Shown here piece by piece: positions 17,827 through 24,606 of a DNA stretch of 46,859 nucleotides; within the stretch, counting starts at the first letter, position 1, and each line of letters starts with the position of its first letter. The position numbers and the translations under genes were made by a program. The stretch comes from an uncultured Methanosarcinales archaeon (GTDB lineage Archaea > Nanobdellota > Nanobdellia > Woesearchaeales > CAYSVS01): assembly GCA_964434475.1 (NCBI GenBank), contig CAYSVS010000003.1, forward strand, positions 1 through 46,859, read 5' to 3'. The notes under the pieces were generated by a model. The model was not told the origin of the DNA. It ran no database searches and was given only the letters and a program-made list of their open reading frames with translations.

Positions 17827-18813
17827 ATGCAAAATTCAAGAAACAGAAAAAAATTTAGGCCTAAAGTTTTTTTTAAAAAAAAGAACTTTTTTAAAAACAA
17901 GTCTGGTAAGTCTAAAGATATAAGAGATGAAAACAACATTTTTCTTAAAAGATATTCTAAACTAGGGCAAGAGATTGATGTTAAGAGTATCGAGCTGAAG
18001 AAAACTATAAGAGTTAATTCTCTTAAGATAGATTCTGATGAGTTGGTCAATAGGCTGGAGAAAAAGAGAGTTAAACTTGAGAAGATTGATTTTCTTGATT
18101 TTGGCTATAGTTATAGATCATACTTTTCTTTAGGATCTACTCCTGAGTATCTTATGGGATATTATTTTCTACAGAAAACAGCTTCACAGATTCCTGTTCA
18201 AGTTTTAGATGCTGTGCCTGGAGAAGTTATATTGGATATGTGTGCTGCACCTGGTGGAAAAACATCGCAGATTGCACAGTATATGAATAATAAAGGTGTA
18301 GTTGTAGCGATAGATAACAGAAGTAGAAGAGTAGATGCTTTGAAAAACAATCTACAACGTATGGGTGTGAATAATTGCATAGTATATAAGATGGATGCTT
18401 TGGATGTTGCCAAATTAGGGATTAAGTTTGATAAGATTATCCTGGATGCTCCTTGTTCAGGTAATTTTGTTACAGACGAGGATTGGTTCAATAAGAGAGA
18501 TATTGAAGGTGTACAGAAAAATGCTAAAAACCAGCGCGAGATGTTGAAAGCGGCGTTTTCTGTGCTTAAGAAAGATGGTGTTTTGGTTTACAGCACTTGT
18601 TCATTAGAGCCAGAAGAGAATGAGATGAACATCAATTGGCTTATGGACAATTTCAAGACAAAGATAGAGGATATAGATGTCAATATAGGTTCCAAAGGTT
18701 TGACTAAGGTTTTTAACAATAAATTAAGAAAAGAGTTAAGCAAAACAAGAAGATTCTGGCCTAATCTTACTGGTACACAAGGGTTTTATGTTGCAAAGAT
18801 CAGGAAGAGATAA
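17827..18813 (+). CDS. NOL1/NOP2/Sun-family RNA cytosine-C5 methyltransferase with a polybasic N-terminal extension
   Basis: SAM motif DMCAAPGGKTSQIAQ and catalytic Cys motifs DAPCSGNF and YSTCSLEPEENE. GGAGG at 17813-17817, 9 nt upstream of the ATG. Confidence 0.9.
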   Translation: MQNSRNRKKFRPKVFFKKKNFFKNKSGKSKDIRDENNIFLKRYSKLGQEIDVKSIELKKTIRVNSLKIDSDELVNRLEKKRVKLEKIDFLDFGYSYRSYFSLGSTPEYLMGYYFLQKTASQIPVQVLDAVPGEVILDMCAAPGGKTSQIAQYMNNKGVVVAIDNRSRRVDALKNNLQRMGVNNCIVYKMDALDVAKLGIKFDKIILDAPCSGNFVTDEDWFNKRDIEGVQKNAKNQREMLKAAFSVLKKDGVLVYSTCSLEPEENEMNINWLMDNFKTKIEDIDVNIGSKGLTKVFNNKLRKELSKTRRFWPNLTGTQGFYVAKIRKR

Positions 18814-18855
18814 AGGGACTAAATTCAAATATTTTTGCATTATGCTGAGGATTTT

Positions 18856-19731
18856 TCAATTATATTTTTCGTTATAAAATTGTTCTAAATCTTCTGGCTT
18901 GTTTTTTATCTGTTTTAGGATGCTTATAGCATAATCTCCTTCATATGAATCTCTGATAGACAATATTTTGACCATTTCAAGATTCTCTTTGTAGTACTGA
19001 AGAGTATTCCAAAAAAAATATTTGCTGACATTGAATTTGCCTTTTAATATACTGTTAAATTGTCTGTCCAACACATATGCTTCATCGCAGTTAATAAATA
19101 CTGGGATTATGTTCTTTGGAACAGTATTGTTTGGCTTAAGTTTAAAATAAAAACCTTCTGCATCCAATATCGTATGATTGCATTCATGGTCAATTGTCGA
19201 TTTTATATCATCCTCTTTATTTAAGCAAAATGCTGAATCAAATATGTATATCTTTGATTTAATGGTGTATTGGCCGAATATATCAAAGTCTCGCTTTGAA
19301 ATCCCGCATAGTGTGAATTCATTTTCATGTTCATAATCTCTTGCACTTTTTATTTGAGGTATCTCGCTCTGAATAAATTTTTTTTTAATTCCTTTGCATT
19401 CATTTGCCGCAATCTCATATTTTTCAAGAAGCCTATCTAATGTACAGCAATATTCTACTTCTGTTACATATTTAAACTCAAAATTTTTTTTATGGTCTTC
19501 CACTAGCTTTGCAATGTATTTTTGCCTTAATCTTGGCTTGTTAATCGCATTATTGTATGTTAATCTGTTAGAATATAGCCACCCTCCTATACTAATTCCT
19601 AAGAAAAGTGCAGATATGCCTATTTTTTGGCATAATGATGCTGTAGCTGTATTTTTATTCCATTCACTATTAATTTTTTGGTCTTTGTCATTATCTACGT
19701 AACTCTTATTTATCATATCTCCGATAGGCAT
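18856..19731 (-). CDS. Hypothetical single-pass membrane protein with an HExxH motif (possible zinc metallopeptidase)
   Basis: ORF track gives 18856-19776 from a TTG. In-frame ATGs at 19731 (MPIGD) and 19716 (MINKSY) sit downstream of TATA-like boxes. TM helix IGISALFLGISIGGWLY. Motif IDHECNHTI. Confidence 0.6.
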   Translation of the reverse strand: MPIGDMINKSYVDNDKDQKINSEWNKNTATASLCQKIGISALFLGISIGGWLYSNRLTYNNAINKPRLRQKYIAKLVEDHKKNFEFKYVTEVEYCCTLDRLLEKYEIAANECKGIKKKFIQSEIPQIKSARDYEHENEFTLCGISKRDFDIFGQYTIKSKIYIFDSAFCLNKEDDIKSTIDHECNHTILDAEGFYFKLKPNNTVPKNIIPVFINCDEAYVLDRQFNSILKGKFNVSKYFFWNTLQYYKENLEMVKILSIRDSYEGDYAISILKQIKNKPEDLEQFYNEKYN

Positions 19732-19758
19732 TAAAAATATATAAATCAATCCAAAAGA

Positions 19759-19769
19759 TTTATAAATAA
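19759..19769 (+). promoter_or_regulatory. TATA box candidate for the 5S rRNA gene
   Basis: TTTATAAATAA is centred about 25 nt upstream of the predicted 5S 5' end (G19789). Confidence 0.45.
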
Positions 19770-19788
19770 GCCTCAAATTCTATATATT

Positions 19789-19931
19789 GGACGGCCATAG
19801 GGGTGGGGTTCACCTGTTCCCATATTCTGATGGTTAATCCCACAGGAGGGGAGTTCGAACACAGAAGTTAAGACTACTTCCGTTCGTGTGTGTACTGCAC
19901 TTATGTGCGGGAAATCACGAAAGCTGTCCAT
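19789..19931 (+). rRNA. 5S: 5S ribosomal RNA (about 143 nt) with a roughly 30-nt insertion in loop C; ends +/-3 nt
   Basis: GGACGGCCATAG..CACCTGTTCCCAT[30 nt]TTCGAACACAGAAGTTAAGAC..GTACTGCACTTATGTGCGGGAA. Helix I pairs GGACGGC (19789-19795) with GCTGTCC (19923-19929). Helix III pairs CTGT/ACAG, helix V pairs TTCGTG/CACGAA, and helix IV is GCAC-TTAT-GTGC. The gene is a GC-rich island in AT-rich DNA. Confidence 0.9.
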
Positions 19932-19951
19932 CTTTTTATTATTTCTTTTTT
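19932..19951 (+). terminator. Oligo-T tracts after the 5S gene (archaeal-type termination signal)
   Basis: CTTTTTATTATTTCTTTTTT lies immediately 3' of helix I. Confidence 0.5.
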
Positions 19952-20039
19952 AGATTATTGTGGTTATTTAATATTTGTCTTTAATGTATCTCTAATTACT
20001 GATTGTTGCACTGGACACACTGGACAGGTGTGCGTGAGA

Positions 20040-20047
20040 TATATAAA
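20040..20047 (+). promoter_or_regulatory. TATA box candidate for the LAGLIDADG gene (leaderless)
   Basis: TATATAAA is centred about 25-26 nt upstream of the ATG at 20069. Confidence 0.45.
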
Positions 20048-20068
20048 TGGGCTTTGCATTATAATTTT

Positions 20069-20896
20069 ATGAAATATAATCAAGTAATTGTTTTAAGAAA
20101 AAAAGGACATTCTATTCGAGAAATCTCTAGAATTCTCAATCTGCCATATTCTGTTGTTCAAAGATTGTGCAAAAAAGTTACGATGTCTGAATTAGGTAAG
20201 AACAGATATCATATGAATGTCAAAGGTATAATAAAACAGGCGAATATTGAATTCTTTCTCTCAAAGGAAAAGGTAAGGATTATGTCTAATCTGTTATTTG
20301 ATGGTTCTGTATATGTTAGTGGTTATCATTATTCTGTAATGTATGTGAATTCGTCTTATGATCTAGTTAAACAATTTATTGATGATATGTTTAAAGTATA
20401 TGGTGTTAATTATTCTTCTTTTGAAACTCATGATGGGAAAATTAACAAATATTATAGGGTCAAGTATATTTCAAAATTAATTTATTCAGATTTATTGAAA
20501 TATTTTAATACATATTCTACTTCTGATATTAAATGTAGTATTCCTGAATTTTTTTTTGATAATGATATATTTATAAGAACATTGCTTAGGTCTTTTTGGG
20601 ATAATGAAGGTTCAATATCAAAATCAGGTAAACTATCTGCTGATTTAAAGAATGAAAACGTAATTAAACAGCTTTCACGATTACATAATTATCTTAAGTT
20701 AAATCATTATATTTCTAGGTATTGGAAATCCGGATGGGCTTATAAAATAATATTGAATAAGTCTCGTCAAAATTATATGAGATTTATAGATTTAGGTTTG
20801 TTTTCTGATTCTATAATTTGTAAAGGAATATTTGCTGGAAAAAAGAAAAGAGATATCTTGCAAAAATATTTTGAAAATCACAAATTTAGATTGTGA
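20069..20896 (+). CDS. Free-standing double-motif LAGLIDADG homing-endonuclease-like protein with an N-terminal HTH
   Basis: HTH-like VLRKKGHSIREISRILNLPYSVVQRL. Motif 1 is NLLFDGSVY and motif 2 is LRSFWDNEGSI, with both acidic residues retained. The ATG at 20069 is preferred over the track start at 20003 because of the TATA box spacing. Confidence 0.8.
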   Translation: MKYNQVIVLRKKGHSIREISRILNLPYSVVQRLCKKVTMSELGKNRYHMNVKGIIKQANIEFFLSKEKVRIMSNLLFDGSVYVSGYHYSVMYVNSSYDLVKQFIDDMFKVYGVNYSSFETHDGKINKYYRVKYISKLIYSDLLKYFNTYSTSDIKCSIPEFFFDNDIFIRTLLRSFWDNEGSISKSGKLSADLKNENVIKQLSRLHNYLKLNHYISRYWKSGWAYKIILNKSRQNYMRFIDLGLFSDSIICKGIFAGKKKRDILQKYFENHKFRL

Positions 20897-21695
20897 TTCC
20901 TCTAAACTTCTTTACATCTGCTTTTGTGTGTATATGTACTTCTTTTTCGCTTGACAGATGTCCTGATAATAGTCCTCTTTCAGCAAGCTTTGGAAACACT
21001 TCGTATTCTAAGCTTGTTCCATCATAGTTTAGAAGTTGCGGATCTGCTATAAAAATACTGCTAAATCCTAGATATATGTCAGTTTTTTTTGGCTTTTGTT
21101 CGAATGCTAATATTTTATTTCCTTCTATCTTTACTATGCCTTTCTTTGAAGGTGTTGGACTTGTTGTTAACATTAATGTTGCAATGGATTTTGTCATTAT
21201 ATGTTGCTTCCATATTTCTTCGATGTTTATTTTAGAAAATATCAAGTCTCCATATACTACGAGGAAGTTTGAATTTATTTTGCCTTTCAGTAATTTCAAT
21301 GATGTTGCTGTGCCTTTATTTTCTTTGTCTTCTATATAGTTGATTTTTACTCCATACTCTGATCCGTCTTTAAGAATTTCAAAAATTGAAGTCAAAACTT
21401 TGTGTTCTGCTACAATAAATATGCTTTTGAAATTATTTTCCCTTAATTTTTTAACTGCTAATTCGCATACTGTTGAAGAGTTTATTCTCGCAGTAGGCCT
21501 ATACTCTGTTTCAGAGATTTTTAATTGATCTGCTTTGCCTCCTGCTAAAATAACTGCTGTTTTGTTCTCGCCTAATGCTGCGTTTGCAAGATATTCGATG
21601 GCTTGACTTCTATTTTGTATAAATATATTATCTACTGTTCTATCTATATCTTTTAGTGTTTTTTCGCTTATTGTGATTGATATTTTTTTCTTCAT
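20886..21695 (-). CDS. Ribbon-helix-helix (CopG-like) domain fused to a nucleotidyltransferase-fold (sugar-1-P NTP-transferase-like) domain with a degenerate signature
   Basis: MKKKISITISEKTLKDIDRTVDNIFIQNRSQAIEYLANAAL follows the CopG/RHH pattern. It is followed by AVILAGGKADQL (canonical LAGGxGTRL), GTATSL and VVYGDLIF. A TATA box (RC of 21717-21724) lies about 26 nt upstream of the ATG. Confidence 0.7.
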   Translation of the reverse strand: MKKKISITISEKTLKDIDRTVDNIFIQNRSQAIEYLANAALGENKTAVILAGGKADQLKISETEYRPTARINSSTVCELAVKKLRENNFKSIFIVAEHKVLTSIFEILKDGSEYGVKINYIEDKENKGTATSLKLLKGKINSNFLVVYGDLIFSKINIEEIWKQHIMTKSIATLMLTTSPTPSKKGIVKIEGNKILAFEQKPKKTDIYLGFSSIFIADPQLLNYDGTSLEYEVFPKLAERGLLSGHLSSEKEVHIHTKADVKKFRGITI

Positions 21696-21736
21696 TTGTT
21701 AAAATTATGTCTTTTTATATTTAAGTTTTGCGCAAG

Positions 21737-21766
21737 GGTAAGATAAAGTAGGATACTGGTAAGATA
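21737..21766. promoter_or_regulatory. Two copies of GGTAAGATA spaced 21 bp apart, abutting the ugd TATA-like box (candidate operator)
   Basis: GGTAAGATA occurs at 21737-21745 and 21758-21766. ATATATAAAT follows at 21764-21773. The SD-like AAGGTGA precedes the ATG at 21818. Confidence 0.3.
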
Positions 21767-21817
21767 TATAAATGTTTTGAAATTATAGTTTTTTATTATA
21801 TTAATTAAGGTGATAAT

Positions 21818-23110
21818 ATGAAAATAACAATTATAGGTACTGGATATGTTGGACTGGTTACAGGAACTTGCTTGGCTAATCTAGGTAATGAAGTCGTTTG
21901 TTTAGACATAGACAAAGAAAAGATAGATAATCTTAACAAAGGTATATTGCCGATTTATGAATCAGGATTAAAGGAGCTTGTGGAAATAAATGTCAATGAA
22001 AAAAGGCTTGTTTTTACAACAGATTATGAGTATGCAGTAAAAGCTTCAGAAATAATATTTATCGCTGTAGGCACTCCTCAAGCAGAGAACGGAGAAGCAG
22101 ATTTAAGTTATGTAAAAGCAGCTGCAAAGAGCATAGGCCAATACATGGATGGATATAAGGTTGTTGTTGATAAAAGCACTGTGCCAGTAGGAACTGCTGA
22201 TATGGTAAAAGAAATAATATCTGAAAATTCAGATAAGGAAGTGGATGTTGTCAGTAATCCTGAATTTTTAAGGGAAGGAGCAGCTATAAAAGATTTTATG
22301 ACTCCTGATAGGATAGTTATAGGTGTAGAAAGCGAGAAAGCTAAAGAAATCATGCTGAAGCTTTACAAGCCTCTAGAAAGGGTAGGAAAGCCCATAGTTA
22401 TTACAGACATCAAAAGCTCTGAAATGACCAAGTACGCTTCAAATGCTATGCTTGCAACAAGGATTAGTTTTATGAATGAAATCTCAAGATTGTGTGAGAA
22501 AACAGGCGGAGATGTTAAGGCTGTTGCTAGAGGCATTGGCCTTGATACAAGGATAGGTCCTAGATTTTTGCAGGCAGGAGTAGGTTATGGAGGAAGCTGC
22601 TTTCCGAAAGATGTTCGTGCTTTGATCAAAACTGGAGAAAATAATGATGTTGAGTTTAAGATATTAAAGTCAGTAGATGATGTTAATGAAGAGCAGAAGA
22701 AATTATTGCTTCCTAAAATTGAAAAATTAGCAGGGGATTTAGAAGGCAAGAAAATCGCGATATGGGGTTTGGCATTTAAACCAAAGACAGATGATATAAG
22801 AGAAGCGCCTGCAATAATTGTGATTAAACAATTATTGGAAAAAGGTGCTAAAATTTCAGCTTTTGATCCAGTAGCAAAAGATAATTTTTCAAAATTATTT
22901 GACAATATAGAGTATGGAGATACACCTTATGATGTTCTTCAGGATGCGGATGCTTTAGTTATATTGACAGAGTGGGATAATTTCAGGGAGCTTGATAAGG
23001 TGAAGATGAAATATCTGATGAATAGTCCTAATGTTGTGGATGGAAGAAATGTATATGATCCAAAAGATATGAGGGATGCTGGGTTTGAATATGTTGGGGT
23101 TGGAAGATAG
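21818..23110 (+). CDS. ugd: UDP-glucose 6-dehydrogenase
   Basis: MKITIIGTGYVGLVTG (Rossmann fold), the catalytic GGSCFPKDV motif, typical length of 430 aa. Confidence 0.92.
   Translation: MKITIIGTGYVGLVTGTCLANLGNEVVCLDIDKEKIDNLNKGILPIYESGLKELVEINVNEKRLVFTTDYEYAVKASEIIFIAVGTPQAENGEADLSYVKAAAKSIGQYMDGYKVVVDKSTVPVGTADMVKEIISENSDKEVDVVSNPEFLREGAAIKDFMTPDRIVIGVESEKAKEIMLKLYKPLERVGKPIVITDIKSSEMTKYASNAMLATRISFMNEISRLCEKTGGDVKAVARGIGLDTRIGPRFLQAGVGYGGSCFPKDVRALIKTGENNDVEFKILKSVDDVNEEQKKLLLPKIEKLAGDLEGKKIAIWGLAFKPKTDDIREAPAIIVIKQLLEKGAKISAFDPVAKDNFSKLFDNIEYGDTPYDVLQDADALVILTEWDNFRELDKVKMKYLMNSPNVVDGRNVYDPKDMRDAGFEYVGVGR
23084..23108. repeat. 25-bp direct repeat, left copy (last 8 codons of ugd)
   Basis: TTTGAATATGTTGGGGTTGGAAGAT is identical to 25955-25979. 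Confidence 0.95.
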
Positions 23111-23545
23111 ATTATTCATGATTTTGTATGTTATATCTTTTATTTATATTCAAGGTATTAGCATACATTCATATCATATTTAATATTTTTTTAATTTTTA
23201 TAAGTAAGCACTAAAAATAAAGTTTTTAGACGTTTAAGGATAATCTTTGATTAGATTTTTATTTTGAATTTATGGTATATATTTCATAAACAATATTTAG
23301 TCTTTTGATCTATATAAAAAAGATACAGATTGAATTCCTTTTTTTTTAAAATATATTTTGGTATTGAATCTTTGCACAATATTATTGACCTAAGTTGTTG
23401 TTAATTATATCTAAATAATTACTATAAATTTTGTTACAAAAACAAAATAATCCTAAATAGCGAAATTTGAGAGTAGATTTTTTATCTAGAATATGAACTA
23501 GAAATAAAATTGTATTTTTATCAGATAATTTTTAGTTTGGTTTTG

Positions 23546-24010
23546 TTATAAAATATCTATTAAATTTCTTGCTTTTTTTATATCATCATCGCTTATGTTA
23601 TCAAGAATTATTCGTATTTTTAAAAGTAAATCTCTTAATTTGTTGGAATCATAATCAACAGGCCTGTTTTTTAGATAATATTGGTTGTCTATACGAAGTT
23701 GTTTATCATATTCCAGGATTAAAGATAATTTAATATCTATGAATTGTTCTTTTTCTAGTAATTTTATAATTTCAATTGTGCATGAATGAATCTCACACTT
23801 GATACCTAGTTTCATTAGGATAGCATAAGATGCTAAATATTCCATGTAATACTTTTGTGTTGAAAGCCACATGTTTGAGCCGGATTTCTTTATCATATTG
23901 CTAACGCGTAAGGTCTCTTCTGCATTGCTAAAATATTCTTCTGATAGGTTATTGTTAGGCTCTATTAGCTTTAATCCTTGTTTTTTACACCATTTTAAAC
24001 TCGTTTTCAT
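23546..24010 (-). CDS. HEPN-domain protein (UPF0332-like), partner of the adjacent nucleotidyltransferase
   Basis: EEYFSNAEETLRVSNMIKKSGSNMWLSTQKYYMEYLASYAILMKLGIKCEIHSCTIEII matches the HEPN helix pattern (A...L......YYA...A..ALL...G......H...I). Its start overlaps the MNT gene by 26 nt. Confidence 0.6.
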   Translation of the reverse strand: MKTSLKWCKKQGLKLIEPNNNLSEEYFSNAEETLRVSNMIKKSGSNMWLSTQKYYMEYLASYAILMKLGIKCEIHSCTIEIIKLLEKEQFIDIKLSLILEYDKQLRIDNQYYLKNRPVDYDSNKLRDLLLKIRIILDNISDDDIKKARNLIDIL

Positions 24011-24548
24011 AAAGTAACCTCACAAAAAGATCATGATTGCTTAATATGATGTGTTTTTTTCTTAGCTCTTCTAAGAATGTTTTTGTTATTGCACTTTTAT
24101 TTGTATTGACTGTATGGACCTTGATGTTATATGTTTGCTCAAAATTCTTTATTATTTTCTTAGGATATTCTTTACCTAATATAAGCAAATCTATATCATT
24201 AAATTTATTATCTGTTGCTGCTGAGCCGAATATGAGAAGATTGATATTAAATGGTCTGATATGTTCGTATAACCGATTAAGTAATGGTTGTTTTTGTAAT
24301 AGTTCGATTGTCCTATTTTTTTCACACATCAATATATATTCTATAGTGATAGGATTAGTTAGGTTTAAATGATAATATAGAAATCTTTCTTTCTTGTTTA
24401 TTATCAATATGTTTCTTTTGACTAGCTTTGCTAAACGAGGCTTTATCTTTTGATGAGCATCAGAGAAAAATCTCTCAAATTCAGATAATTTAACTTCCTT
24501 TCGTAGATTATCGAGGTATATTTCCAAGTAAGTAAAAAAGTTTACCAT
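23985..24548 (-). CDS. Minimal nucleotidyltransferase (MNT) with an N-terminal wHTH-like region
   Basis: The pol-beta NTase signature LIFGSAATDNKFNDIDLLILG (GS..x..DxD). Operonic with the HEPN gene. Confidence 0.7.
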   Translation of the reverse strand: MVNFFTYLEIYLDNLRKEVKLSEFERFFSDAHQKIKPRLAKLVKRNILIINKKERFLYYHLNLTNPITIEYILMCEKNRTIELLQKQPLLNRLYEHIRPFNINLLIFGSAATDNKFNDIDLLILGKEYPKKIIKNFEQTYNIKVHTVNTNKSAITKTFLEELRKKHIILSNHDLFVRLLYENEFKMV

Positions 24549-24606
24549 GAGGTAAGATTTATTACCTTAACTATTTAAACTTTTCTTTTTTTTGTTGGAA
24601 GGTAGA

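Noticed and set aside
15364-18050. Long F/L/S-rich minus-strand ORFs (15364-15633, 15724-16137, 16047-16652, 16883-17422 and others).
   Set aside because: They are the mirror image of the purine-rich K/E codon runs (AAA/AAG/GAA) on the + strand. Antisense stop codons are depleted there by composition alone. The + strand products have real motifs (TM helix, NFACT-N).
19824-19853. A bulge-helix-bulge (BHB) archaeal intron as the nature of the 5S loop C insert.
   Set aside because: I can draw a hairpin with one 3-nt bulge (ATA) and one single-nt bulge, but not two 3-nt bulges separated by a 4-bp helix. Splicing cannot be excluded without RNA data, so the insert is reported as an insertion of unknown fate.
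19890-20072. A 60-aa + strand ORF, and the 20003 start of the LAGLIDADG ORF.
   Set aside because: The first overlaps the 3' part of the 5S rRNA and its terminator. The 22 extra N-terminal codons from 20003 run through the GC-rich patch and the TATA box. The ATG at 20069 has proper leaderless spacing.
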